Part shown: positions 49,829 to 59,741 of the stretch, piece after piece
How positions within the stretch are numbered: position 1 is the first letter of the stretch
How the letters are laid out: every line of letters starts with the position of its first letter
IMG/VR virus record: IMGVR_UViG_3300025102_007089
Location: 16,614-80,613 of that record
Source: a virus
Length of the DNA stretch: 64,000 nucleotides
Direction: 5' to 3' (one strand)
Notes under the pieces: model-generated
What the model was told of the DNA's origin: nothing
Seen by the model: the letters and a program-made list of their open reading frames with translations, nothing else
The model's database searches: none
Translations under genes and position numbers: made by a program

Positions 49829-52318
49829 TTAAGCACCTATAATTTCTTCAAAATTAGCATCAGTGCGAGTTGCAATGAAGTTAACTAAGATAAATTCTGC
49901 TGTTCGTGTCGGCTTAAGGTAAATATCAACCACTAACTCGTTAGCATCTATAACTTCCGGGGTGTTGTTTCTTTCGTCACAAACTATCAGATAGTCGAAT
50001 AGACCCTCGTTATTTTTAGCTCTCTCAAACAATGGCGTAAGAACGTTAATAAGTCTCTGTCTAGTAAACTCAGTATTTTGTTCAAATACAAAGAATCTAG
50101 AAGCTTTCTTAGTAGGTCGCTCAAGTGATAAAAACAACCTTCTAACGTTAATTCTATCAAACGCACTAGGTTTCTTACTTAAAGTTTTCTGACCGAATAT
50201 AACTTGGCCTTGACTTGGGAAGAATGCTACTGGGTTAATATTAGCTTTATAAAGCTCGTCTCTCTGTTTTTGGTTAGGATTAATAGCTAGATCATTAGCA
50301 AAGCGAACTAACCCTCTCGTAAAGCCTGCTGGGGCAAACCATGGGAAGAAGTTAGCATCTGTCTGTGCCATAGCAGCTCCAGCAAATCCAGAGAACGGTA
50401 CAAATACATTTCTACCAGAGTATTCATCATATATTTCTGGCCACTGTGCATATACTGCAGCGTATGAAGTATTTTCATTCTCAAACTGGTGTCTGATTGG
50501 CCAGTAAATATCCTTTTGGAAGTTTCTACTCTTGTTATCAAGAGTTCTACTCTTTTCACCTGAAACTAGGATCTGACGTAAGACATCTGCAATAAACAGA
50601 CAGTCTCCTCTATCCCCGCCTAAGAATGGTGGAGTGCAGAACTTCTCAAATCTATTAAAGATAGTTGAGTAATCATTTCGCAAAGTCCTAGCAGAATCAA
50701 CAATATCATTTGATGTTCTTAACCCATTAACAGCAGTAACTAAATTGCCATCCATTGCATATTCATCATAATATGTAGTACCTGAAGCATTAGAAGCAGC
50801 GTGTATTGTTCCTAAGCCACCTTCTACAACAACATCTATATCATAGATTTCATCGTTCTTTATTCTTTCTAACGCTCTATCAATCTTAAGAGGTATATCA
50901 CCTAAAATTTTCTCTTTAACTTGTTGATCATTAAATGCTCCTAGAGGGTAAAGAGCATCTGCTCTTTCAGGTGCCGAAGCACTTCCGCCTAACGCTAGAC
51001 CTAATTTCTCTACCATTTGCTTACCACCTCCTGAAAGACCTAACTTAGCAGATGTCAGACCACCATCCGTACCTGCGCCACCTGAAAGGCTCTCTAATTC
51101 TGTAGCAAGATTTTTAGTAAATACTCTGATTTTCTTACTTGCTACCTTATCCCCTATAGTTTCCGGATTAGGATTATCAATCTGACCATCTGTACCTTTA
51201 AAGTAGTTAGAAATATAAGGATTAACAAGTACTTCAACGTTTCTAGATTTAGTATCTTGATTTTCAATGAAGAAGTTAACTTCAGGTCCTCCTGTAGGAT
51301 TAAGCTGCTTTCTATAGTAGTTAATAGAACCAACAACTGCATCTTCAAGCAAGTAATCTAACTTAAATGCTTCAGAAGCATATGTTGATTTACGCAATTT
51401 AAACACTCCGATGTTAAGCACATCATCATCTTCTCTACCATCAATATCGTAATCAGTAAGATTTTCTAATATCTCAGAAATACTACCATTTTCCCCTCTA
51501 GGTTCTGCAGAAAGAGAAAACTGTCTTATACCATCAGGTACTGTTGTATAAGCAGTACCAGATCCTTGCCCTCTACCATCACCAGCAGTTCCACCACTAT
51601 TAACAGTTTTTAATCTTGTTACTGCATTAAAGTTTGAATCGGGATTAAGGTTAGTATTGTCAGCAACACCAACATAATAACCTTCAAAATCATCATTAAT
51701 AGTAGTTTGACCTTTGTTTAAAATAACCATTCCAGCTCCTGCAAAGCTTGATACAGTACCAAAATCTGTACCGGTAAGCGACTGGGAGTGGAAAGTAAAT
51801 CCTGAACCATCTAAGCAACTTAAATATTGCTCATTAGTAAGTATTTGTTGTTGAGGCTCTCCTAACACGTACGTTGCGTCAATTGTCAAATCGGGTACTT
51901 TTTGGTCAAGTTGGTTAGTTACATAGTTTCTGTTAGAAAGGGCATCAACAGCAGTGGTGACCCCGCTACCTGTGAGTGTAGAATTTACTGCAACTACAGG
52001 GTATACCAATGCTGTATAAACTGAACCAAATCCATCTCCTTTAGCAGCACCGTAAGGTAATCTGGATGCATAAACCGTTCCTGGAGAATTAAGTAACTCG
52101 CTGATAGAATGGTAAAAATAACGTTCAGCTGAGTTAGTAGGCGTACCAAAAGTATTATCTAATTCTTGTTTAGAAGAAATAAGTAAAACCTCGTCAAGAG
52201 GTCCTTCCTGAGCAAACCCAGTAATATAAAAATTTGTACCTACGTTTTGTGGTGCGATGAGAGATAAGTCTGATTCTCTGATTTCAACACCTGGAGAATT
52301 AATAGTTCGTTGAGCCAT
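49829..52318 (-). CDS. gp18: Tail sheath protein gp18
   Basis: SPGVEIRESDLS, FG.P, PWFAPAGFTRG, RDELYKANINPV, FDRINVRRLF, CDERNNTPEVID. Confidence 0.96.
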   Translation of the reverse strand: MAQRTINSPGVEIRESDLSLIAPQNVGTNFYITGFAQEGPLDEVLLISSKQELDNTFGTPTNSAERYFYHSISELLNSPGTVYASRLPYGAAKGDGFGSVYTALVYPVVAVNSTLTGSGVTTAVDALSNRNYVTNQLDQKVPDLTIDATYVLGEPQQQILTNEQYLSCLDGSGFTFHSQSLTGTDFGTVSSFAGAGMVILNKGQTTINDDFEGYYVGVADNTNLNPDSNFNAVTRLKTVNSGGTAGDGRGQGSGTAYTTVPDGIRQFSLSAEPRGENGSISEILENLTDYDIDGREDDDVLNIGVFKLRKSTYASEAFKLDYLLEDAVVGSINYYRKQLNPTGGPEVNFFIENQDTKSRNVEVLVNPYISNYFKGTDGQIDNPNPETIGDKVASKKIRVFTKNLATELESLSGGAGTDGGLTSAKLGLSGGGKQMVEKLGLALGGSASAPERADALYPLGAFNDQQVKEKILGDIPLKIDRALERIKNDEIYDIDVVVEGGLGTIHAASNASGTTYYDEYAMDGNLVTAVNGLRTSNDIVDSARTLRNDYSTIFNRFEKFCTPPFLGGDRGDCLFIADVLRQILVSGEKSRTLDNKSRNFQKDIYWPIRHQFENENTSYAAVYAQWPEIYDEYSGRNVFVPFSGFAGAAMAQTDANFFPWFAPAGFTRGLVRFANDLAINPNQKQRDELYKANINPVAFFPSQGQVIFGQKTLSKKPSAFDRINVRRLFLSLERPTKKASRFFVFEQNTEFTRQRLINVLTPLFERAKNNEGLFDYLIVCDERNNTPEVIDANELVVDIYLKPTRTAEFILVNFIATRTDANFEEIIGA

Positions 52319-52349
52319 AAAATTATTTATTTAATTCCGACCTAAAAAG

Positions 52350-52928
52350 TCAAAAATCGACAACTTCTGTATGAAGTTGCGAGTAAACGAACGTAAACCC
52401 TGAAATAATCTCGTCTGTATTTTGATAATCGTAGTCTATCGTATCAATTGATACAGGAAACGCCTTAGTATATGTAAATTTTATTCGACTATTATTAAAC
52501 TCATCTTTACCAAAAATAGTAAGATTTACCTGGTAATCTTGAAAATTTTTATCGATTTGAATTTCTCTTGCATTATACTTACCCTCACGCTGATCATGAA
52601 GTAAGTTGAGCCAGTTATACATCACCCAGTAGTTTTTATATTCATTATCGATTTTAAATTTTACACTTACCGGAGGGTATGAGTTTTTAGAATGAGAACT
52701 TACATAGAGCGTATTACCAGCGTATCTATTTTCAATAGCAGGTACTGTAATCTCAGGTACCGCAGTACCAAAAATAGAAAATTGAACAGAATCAGGTATA
52801 ATATGCTTATTATCTTGATTAAACTTTTTACTAAACTCTTTTAATATAGGCGGTACATCAAAAACTAGTAAAAACTTATCAGCTCTAGATTTATTAAGAA
52901 CTGATTGCTGTAAATTGTTACGTGCCAT
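52350..52928 (-). CDS. gp3: Tail completion/terminator protein (gp3-like)
   Basis: VPEIT, Y.PVSVKFKIDNEYKNYW.MYNWL, AFPVSI...F.Y. Confidence 0.7.
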   Translation of the reverse strand: MARNNLQQSVLNKSRADKFLLVFDVPPILKEFSKKFNQDNKHIIPDSVQFSIFGTAVPEITVPAIENRYAGNTLYVSSHSKNSYPPVSVKFKIDNEYKNYWVMYNWLNLLHDQREGKYNAREIQIDKNFQDYQVNLTIFGKDEFNNSRIKFTYTKAFPVSIDTIDYDYQNTDEIISGFTFVYSQLHTEVVDF

Positions 52929-52937
52929 TATCTATAT

Positions 52938-54635
52938 TTATTGCAAAGGCATAAAGCCATTGTCTAATAATTCACCCATATCTTCTTCAACCTCATCCCC
53001 CATACCCCAAACTATAGGATTTAAGTTATAATTACCTTCACCAACAACAGTGTTATCCAGATATATTGACGTGTTATCTTCAAATAAAGTTACACCGAAA
53101 TCCATAGGTTCAATCACTAGAGGTTGACCGGTAGAATCAAACTCTACAATATCAAAATATCTTTGAGCTAATTCTTGATCTAATATATACAATGCATATA
53201 AAAGAGACATAACCCTATCATCATGCTCTCCGCTTCTTGCCTTCCAGGTACCATTAGGGTAACGAACAAAGTCTTTCAACTCTTTTAAGGTATCGATATC
53301 TCTCAAAGTAACAACTCTTAAATCATTGAGCCAGTATCTCATATTCAATACACCTTTATGTTTAGTATTTGTATGAGCTATCATACCTAACATTATATTT
53401 TTTCTATGAGCTTTTTGATTACCATATGATACTATTTTTTCATAACCTAAATCATTAGCTAATCTATCTACTACCTGAGCTCCACAATTATTTCGTTCAA
53501 TTAACGCTAAAGGTGATCCATAATTTCTTAAAATAGAATGAACCTTGTTAGTGTACTCTAAAGGAGGCATCTTATTATTGTGGTAAGTAGCTACTTGCCG
53601 TATATCAGTTGGATCAGTTATATCTAAAATTTGCATTACAGCTGCATCTTTCCCCACCCCTTCAGATGTATCAACCCCTGCAACATATATTCTAGATGGA
53701 TCTGGTTCTTCCCATATTTTATAATGCCCATCCTCTAAAACAATTTTGGGTTCTATAATTTTAGAGCTTAGCAATTCATATAATTCTTCATCAATAGAAG
53801 ATTCACCAAAATTTACAAACTCACATTCAAACTCTTGTATCCAAGCATCGTATGATCCTATAGCGTGTCTAGTAGCTTTAGCCCACTCTTCGTCTCTTCC
53901 TGGTACTTCATTCCACATTATCTTATCATGAGCCCAGTTATTAATACCGTCAACTGCTCCTGAATATATTTTATGAAAAAGATTACCTGTACCATTTGCA
54001 GTAGAACATACAAACACTTTAGAATTTTTAGAAGAAGTAATGATCGGAAAGACCGACTTCCAAAACTCTTCAACTAAATGAGGTTCAATAAATGCCATCT
54101 CATCAATAACTAAACAGTTAACAGATTGACCACGTGCAGCTGTACCGGTCGTAGTTGTAATACCTATACGGCTACCATTTTCTAAGGTCATTGACGTTTT
54201 AGCATATTCCTTAACCGGTGGCTTTAACCAGTTAGGTAATTCCTCATAAGCCATTCTTACTCTTTGAAATATTTCAATAGCGGTAGCTTCTTTGTTAGCT
54301 ACAAGGAGTATACGTTGATCACTATTGAAGCATGCTTGCCACAAAATATAGATAGTCATCATAGTGGACTTACCAATCTGTCTAGAAGCTAATAGACAAA
54401 AAAATCTATTATCTCTCATTTTTCTTAAAGCGCCTTTTTGAGCTTTATAAAGCTTTATTTTTTCTTTACCTCTATCTAGATTAATGATATGAAAGAAGTT
54501 TTCAGCAAAAAATAATATATTTTGCGAAGCTTTTTTTAACTGTTTAACTTGATCTTTTGTGTATTCTCCACGCCATTTAGTGTTGGGTAAATTTTTATTA
54601 CCCATGTAATACATGTTATTATTATTGTCAGGCAT
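52938..54635 (-). CDS. gp17: Terminase large subunit gp17
   Basis: YMGNKNL, Walker A SRQIGKS, Walker B IDEMAF, STANG, QEFECEF, GVDTSEGVGKD, HDDRV. Confidence 0.97.
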   Translation of the reverse strand: MPDNNNNMYYMGNKNLPNTKWRGEYTKDQVKQLKKASQNILFFAENFFHIINLDRGKEKIKLYKAQKGALRKMRDNRFFCLLASRQIGKSTMMTIYILWQACFNSDQRILLVANKEATAIEIFQRVRMAYEELPNWLKPPVKEYAKTSMTLENGSRIGITTTTGTAARGQSVNCLVIDEMAFIEPHLVEEFWKSVFPIITSSKNSKVFVCSTANGTGNLFHKIYSGAVDGINNWAHDKIMWNEVPGRDEEWAKATRHAIGSYDAWIQEFECEFVNFGESSIDEELYELLSSKIIEPKIVLEDGHYKIWEEPDPSRIYVAGVDTSEGVGKDAAVMQILDITDPTDIRQVATYHNNKMPPLEYTNKVHSILRNYGSPLALIERNNCGAQVVDRLANDLGYEKIVSYGNQKAHRKNIMLGMIAHTNTKHKGVLNMRYWLNDLRVVTLRDIDTLKELKDFVRYPNGTWKARSGEHDDRVMSLLYALYILDQELAQRYFDIVEFDSTGQPLVIEPMDFGVTLFEDNTSIYLDNTVVGEGNYNLNPIVWGMGDEVEEDMGELLDNGFMPLQ

Positions 54636-54641
54636 CGAAAA

Positions 54642-54662
54642 TATTTATCAATAGTATAAATA
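54642..54662. promoter_or_regulatory. Divergent late promoters (ATAAATA minus strand; TATAAATA plus strand)
   Basis: 54642-48(-) lies 6 nt before the gp17 ATG; 54655-62(+) lies 5 nt before ATG 54668. Confidence 0.7.
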
Positions 54663-54667
54663 ATTAC

Positions 54668-55567
54668 ATGTCTAAAAAGAACGACTTGTATAGCCTAGGA
54701 GAAGCATACGGAAATATCCTAGATGGTGTTAATGTAGTTGAAGAGCAGGTACCTGTTGGTGAAATCGGAGAAGCTGATTTAGTAACCAAGGATACCGGTC
54801 CAACAGAAAAGGGAGGGTTCAAAGAAGCGGAAGTGGATATAACCAAAGCGGGCGATAAAGAAAACAAGTATAATATTAAAGGTCTTTCTTATGGAGATAA
54901 AAACGATCCTGGTACAGAATATGAAGGTCCAGAGCCTACAGGGAAAGGTAATGCTTATTCTGGTATTGTAGGTAAATCCGAAGAAGATGAGGAAGAGTTA
55001 GAAGAAAATGAAGAAAATTCTGAAGAAACAGAGAAAATTGCTCATGAGAGCCTAAATAATTTTATGGCTAAAAAATCTGTATTTGATCGACTTTATGATA
55101 AAGTAATGGTTAACGAAACTTATGAAATGGAAGAAGGTGATGATTCCATGGAAGAACTTGATGCTCTTGGATTAGATGATGCTGATCCTGATGGAGCTGA
55201 AGGTGAAGTTACTATTACACTAGACAAGGACACCGCTAAAACGTTACATGATATGATTGCTCAGCAATTAGAAGATGATGTTGAAGACGTTGAAGACGGG
55301 GAAATGGAAGAATTTGAAGATGAGGAGGCACCAGATAGTGAAGAAGCTCTTCCTGAAGAAGATGAAGAGGGCTACACTCCAATGAATACTCATTACAACG
55401 ATGGTAAGAATAACAAAGTTGGTAATTTGAAAGCTAAAGGAGGTGCCTCTGAAAAAGGTGCAGGTAAAAAGGGAGTTGATCCTGGCTCACCTATGAACAC
55501 TCATTACAACGACGGTAAGAATAACAAAGTCGGTAATCTCAAGACCGGTCAAAGCGCATACGAGTAA
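54668..55567 (+). CDS. Acidic hypothetical late protein (probable prohead core/internal protein)
   Basis: Very acidic; duplicated C-terminal 18-mer; late promoter upstream and terminator downstream. Confidence 0.7.
   Translation: MSKKNDLYSLGEAYGNILDGVNVVEEQVPVGEIGEADLVTKDTGPTEKGGFKEAEVDITKAGDKENKYNIKGLSYGDKNDPGTEYEGPEPTGKGNAYSGIVGKSEEDEEELEENEENSEETEKIAHESLNNFMAKKSVFDRLYDKVMVNETYEMEEGDDSMEELDALGLDDADPDGAEGEVTITLDKDTAKTLHDMIAQQLEDDVEDVEDGEMEEFEDEEAPDSEEALPEEDEEGYTPMNTHYNDGKNNKVGNLKAKGGASEKGAGKKGVDPGSPMNTHYNDGKNNKVGNLKTGQSAYE
55379..55543 (+). repeat. Two 54-nt intragenic repeats encoding identical PMNTHYNDGKNNKVGNLK
   Basis: Copies at 55379-55432 and 55490-55543 differ only at synonymous sites. 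Confidence 0.9.
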
Positions 55568-55586
55568 GATTAAAATTAAAGCTAAG

Positions 55587-55621
55587 AAAAGCCTGTTGAC
55601 TTAGGTCATCAGGCTTTTTTT
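55587..55621 (+). terminator. Rho-independent terminator
   Basis: AAAAGCCTG-t-TGAC-ttag-GTCA-t-CAGGCTTTTTTT. Confidence 0.85.
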
Positions 55622-55638
55622 ATATAAATATAATTGCT

Positions 55639-56679
55639 GTGAAGTTCTATAACAAAACTCTAAATAAAAAGTTTTGGTCTGAGGATAAAAAATTTGACCC
55701 AGACATACGAAAAAAGCTTTTAGCCATTACAGATGATTTTTTAGATAAGCTTAATTTAGAAGATGTAAATATATATGATATTACCTTAACTGGTAGTAAT
55801 AGTAATTATAATTATAATAAATTTTCAGATCTTGATGTTCATGTACTAATTGATTATAAAGATATTAATGATGATGAAGAATTAGTTAAAAAGGCATTAG
55901 ATGGTCAAAGATTTATGTGGAATCTAAGACATAATATAAGTCTGAAGGATCATGGTGTAGAAATGTATATGCAAGATAAGGATGAGCCTCATGTTGCATC
56001 AGGACTATACTCATTAAAAGATAATAAATGGATAACCGAGCCTAGTTATAATCCTCCAACTATAGATAAAAGAGATGTCTATAAAAAAGCTGAAACATTT
56101 GAAAACGATGTAAAGATATTAAAAGAAAGAGTTGATAAAGTTAAAGGAGTATCAGCTAAAGATTTACATGAAAAAGCTAATAACTTAAAAAAGAAAATTT
56201 CTAAGATGCGAAGAAGTGGCTTAGATAGAGAGGGTGAATTTAGTATTGAAAATCTAGCTTTTAAAATTTTACGTAATAAAGATGTTATAGGTGATCTTAT
56301 AGATATAATAGCTAGATCTTATGATAAAATTTATACCGAGAACTTTAAAACTTATTTTGAATATTTTCAAGGTGACAAATATTTAAAATTTAATGTTGGT
56401 AATAAGAATCCTAACAGAGTGGGATTAACTAAAAAACATCTAACTACAACACGAAAAGATTACAAGCATAAAAATCAACATGTTAAGAACTTAATGAACG
56501 GGGCTGCAGCTCAAATAAAGCTTATGGGTATGCCTATGTTTAATATGCTTAAAGATTATAATATGGCTTTTGAGCCTGGAAAGTCTAAAATGTTAGGTAA
56601 TTCAGATGTTGAATGTAAAATGTATGAAGATGAAGAAGGTAACAAATGTGCAAATATAAGTAGGAGAAATGGGATGTAA
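55639..56679 (+). CDS. Pol-beta superfamily nucleotidyltransferase-like late protein
   Basis: LTGSNSNYNY...SDLDVHV (GS..DxD) plus downstream VEMY; TATAAATA at 55623-30. Confidence 0.75.
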   Translation: MKFYNKTLNKKFWSEDKKFDPDIRKKLLAITDDFLDKLNLEDVNIYDITLTGSNSNYNYNKFSDLDVHVLIDYKDINDDEELVKKALDGQRFMWNLRHNISLKDHGVEMYMQDKDEPHVASGLYSLKDNKWITEPSYNPPTIDKRDVYKKAETFENDVKILKERVDKVKGVSAKDLHEKANNLKKKISKMRRSGLDREGEFSIENLAFKILRNKDVIGDLIDIIARSYDKIYTENFKTYFEYFQGDKYLKFNVGNKNPNRVGLTKKHLTTTRKDYKHKNQHVKNLMNGAAAQIKLMGMPMFNMLKDYNMAFEPGKSKMLGNSDVECKMYEDEEGNKCANISRRNGM

Positions 56680-57508
56680 TGAAAATAGATTGAATTGTAC
56701 TCCAGATGAAGTACTAGCTGCAACTGCTATAAAACAATGTAGCAAGTTAGTAGACCCTTCTGTTCTTCAAGCTGAACAATTAGTTTTTGATAAAGCTTAT
56801 GAAGATATAATTAACAGTTTTGGAGTAGAAATAGACTATTACGTTAATTCATTTTCATTATTATCAGCTGATTTACTATATGGTGAGCAACCAGCATCTG
56901 TATTTTTAGGTCCTACTAATTTAATGATGTATATCGAGTTATCTCAAGATGCTCTACAATTATCTAAATTTGGTTTTGATCCCGGAGATGAATTTACTGG
57001 TTATGTACATATTGATACATTCTCTGACGTGCTTTCTGCTAATACGTATTATGTACCAACTAATCAGGGTCTATTAAGTTCAGCTTTATCAGGTAGTGGA
57101 TTTGATAGTTCAGTAATATCTGAACTTAGTTCTATTGAACCTAAAGCAGGTGACTTAGTACAAGTAACTCCTCTAGGTTGTGATAGACCTGGACAAAGAG
57201 GGGCTAAAGTATACGAAATAACTGAAAAAATGGATGAAGATGTTTCAGCCCTTAACCCAGTTTTAGGACACTATGTTTTTAGAATAAGAGCTAAGCGCTT
57301 TGATTTCTCTTTCCAGGCTGAAGCTCCGCGTGAAAGAGTAGATAGTAATATATTTGAAAATTCATTCTCTGGTACTCTTTCAACTCAATTGTCGGGCGAT
57401 GAAGTATCAAGAGATAAAGGTTACACTTGGGATATAGATGACGAGAGCAAAGAGACTGTTTTCGATATGAGTACTAATAATACCGACATTTACGGTGATT
57501 ATTACTAA
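56669..57508 (+). CDS. gp14: Neck/head closure protein (gp14-like)
   Basis: I..FGVEIDY, LYGE, LSKFG....DE, EPKAGDLV, YEIT motifs. Confidence 0.75.
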   Translation: MGCNENRLNCTPDEVLAATAIKQCSKLVDPSVLQAEQLVFDKAYEDIINSFGVEIDYYVNSFSLLSADLLYGEQPASVFLGPTNLMMYIELSQDALQLSKFGFDPGDEFTGYVHIDTFSDVLSANTYYVPTNQGLLSSALSGSGFDSSVISELSSIEPKAGDLVQVTPLGCDRPGQRGAKVYEITEKMDEDVSALNPVLGHYVFRIRAKRFDFSFQAEAPRERVDSNIFENSFSGTLSTQLSGDEVSRDKGYTWDIDDESKETVFDMSTNNTDIYGDYY

Positions 57509-57528
57509 AAGGTAAATAAATATGTATA

Positions 57529-59304
57529 ATGGCTGATCAAAATAAATCGTATGTGTCAAACGATGGAAGAGCATCTACGTTTGGTAGAAGTTTAGTTCAA
57601 TACATACAGAATAGATTACCCTATGCTGCAGGTGGGGAAGATGACTCGTTAAATCCAAAGTATAAAATTTTTAGAAATACGGGTATGAGAAGAGCTGATG
57701 CTCTTGCTAAAACTTCTGTTTCATCATCTAACCCTTATAATGCTACTCCTATAGGAGATTTTGGTAAAGATAATTCATTTGGTGATGTAATGTATGCAGC
57801 TTTATCACCTGATAAACCTGGTCGCTTAAAAGATTATAGAATTATGGCTGCAGCATCTGAAGTAGCTGATGCTTTAGATGAAATATGCGATGAGGTAATA
57901 AATGTTGATGATAATGGAGATGTATGCAAATTATCATACGATAATATAGATCTATCTGTAGATGAAAAAACTGAACTAGATAGAGAGTTCGGTAAATTTA
58001 CTGACTTTTTCGATCTTAAAAATAAAGGCTGGACATTTTTTAGACAGCTATTAGTTGAAGGTGAAGTATACTTTGAACTTATAGTACATGAAAGTTATAC
58101 TAATGAAGGTATATTAGGTGTTATTAATATACCTTCGGATATTATAGATCCTGTTTATAATAATATTCAAAATATGCTAGTTAAAGGATTTATTTATAAA
58201 AAACCTATTTTTAGTCCTTCTAATCCAGCAAAAGTTGAAAAAACTGAAATGATTCCTATGGAAGAGAATCAAATAGTTTACGTAAATTCTGGGGTTTATA
58301 ATGAAACTAAAAACTTTGTAATACCATTTTTAGAAAATGCTAGAAGACCTTATAGACAGCTGTCATTAATTGAAGATGCTATAGTAATTTATAGGTTGGT
58401 AAGAGCGCCTGAACGATTAGTATTTAACGTCGATGTAGGTAATATGGCACCTCCTAAAGCTGAAGCTTATCTACGTAAACTTATTCAAAATTATTGGTCA
58501 AGAAAAACTTTTGATAATAATCAAACTGATATAGTTAAAAAGTTTGAGCCACAATCTATGCTTGATGCTTTTTGGTTTGCTAAGCGCCAAGGATCTGAAG
58601 GTACTTCTGTTACACAATTGCCCGGTGGAGCTAATTTAGGTGAGTTGGCAGATCTAATGTATTTTATAAAGAAACTATATAGAGCTTTAAAAGTGCCTGG
58701 TGCTAGATTAGATCCACAAGATCAAGCTTCTGCAGACGGTTCAACTATGCTTAGAGAAGAACTTAAATTTGCTAAATTTGTTATTAGACAGCAACAGAGA
58801 TTTGCAGCAGGTATAAAGAGGGGATTCTTTACTCATCTTAAGATGAAGGGTCTTATAGACAAGTATGATATAAAAGAAAATAATTTAGAAGTTACTTTTA
58901 ATGTTCCTACTAATTTTTATGAGCTAAGAGAAAATCAAAAATTAGAAATTAAAGCTTCTAACTATAATAATCTAGCAGGAAATGAGTTTGTTTCTGCAAC
59001 ATACGCGCAGAAAAAATACTTAGGTTGGAAAGATAGAGATATTCTTGCAAATAGAGAGTTCTTAAGAAAGGATGCAGAGATGCAATGGGAGCTAGCTCAG
59101 ATTCAAAATGCTGGTCCTTCATGGAAAGAACAAGCAGCTATAGGTGAGCTACAAGCTGATGCAGCTGGCGGGGAAGGTGCTGGTGTAGGAGATGTAGGCG
59201 GCGGAGCTATACCAGAATTTGGAGGCGGTGAAGCTCAAGTAGATGAACCTGCAGACGCAGAAGCACCAGCTGGTGCAGAAGCTGAAGCAGATGTAACTAC
59301 TTAG
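57529..59304 (+). CDS. gp20: Portal protein gp20
   Basis: YRIMA...EVADALDEI, EDAIVIYRLVRAPERLVFNVDVGNM...KAEAY, LPGG.NLG, REELKFAKF. Confidence 0.97.
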   Translation: MADQNKSYVSNDGRASTFGRSLVQYIQNRLPYAAGGEDDSLNPKYKIFRNTGMRRADALAKTSVSSSNPYNATPIGDFGKDNSFGDVMYAALSPDKPGRLKDYRIMAAASEVADALDEICDEVINVDDNGDVCKLSYDNIDLSVDEKTELDREFGKFTDFFDLKNKGWTFFRQLLVEGEVYFELIVHESYTNEGILGVINIPSDIIDPVYNNIQNMLVKGFIYKKPIFSPSNPAKVEKTEMIPMEENQIVYVNSGVYNETKNFVIPFLENARRPYRQLSLIEDAIVIYRLVRAPERLVFNVDVGNMAPPKAEAYLRKLIQNYWSRKTFDNNQTDIVKKFEPQSMLDAFWFAKRQGSEGTSVTQLPGGANLGELADLMYFIKKLYRALKVPGARLDPQDQASADGSTMLREELKFAKFVIRQQQRFAAGIKRGFFTHLKMKGLIDKYDIKENNLEVTFNVPTNFYELRENQKLEIKASNYNNLAGNEFVSATYAQKKYLGWKDRDILANREFLRKDAEMQWELAQIQNAGPSWKEQAAIGELQADAAGGEGAGVGDVGGGAIPEFGGGEAQVDEPADAEAPAGAEAEADVTT

Positions 59305-59710
59305 ACGGGTTATTACTAAAGAATTGAGTTCTATAATATATCATAGAACCAGCAGAACCATTAGCTGCTTTTTTAGCTGATACTTGATCACTGTTAGTCA
59401 ATCCTCTAATAGTTATTTCATGTAAATGATCAGCAGTTGACTTGAGTAATAATACACCTCTTGCTGCGTCAGAATACTTTGCAAACTCCCCGGTAACATT
59501 AATTGCAGCATTATCGCCTGGTCCTACAAAAATTAACACGCTTTGATCAGCATGATTCCATATAGTAACCTCAGAACATGGTTGGGAGCTTAACTGAACT
59601 AGTGCCTGACTACCAGGCATATGTGAATTAAAAGAAAAGCATTGGTTGGTGTTAAAGTATTGACTAGTACCATTTTCATTACTAGTAGGTATATTATAGT
59701 TTGAAGCCAT
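59297..59710 (-). CDS. Hypothetical late protein
   Basis: Likely start is ATG 59710 (MASNYNIP), 5 nt after ATAAATA at 59716-22(-). Confidence 0.65.
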   Translation of the reverse strand: MASNYNIPTSNENGTSQYFNTNQCFSFNSHMPGSQALVQLSSQPCSEVTIWNHADQSVLIFVGPGDNAAINVTGEFAKYSDAARGVLLLKSTADHLHEITIRGLTNSDQVSAKKAANGSAGSMIYYRTQFFSNNPSK

Positions 59711-59741
59711 GTAATTATTTATTAGAAGAATAAATATTTTC

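Noticed and set aside
722-54635. Introns, inteins or homing endonucleases in gp43, gp41, UvsX or gp17
   Set aside because: These ORFs are continuous and of ordinary length, with no splicing or endonuclease motifs seen.
55379-55543. CRISPR-like repeat-spacer unit
   Set aside because: Only two copies, in frame within a CDS and differing at synonymous sites, so it is a protein repeat.
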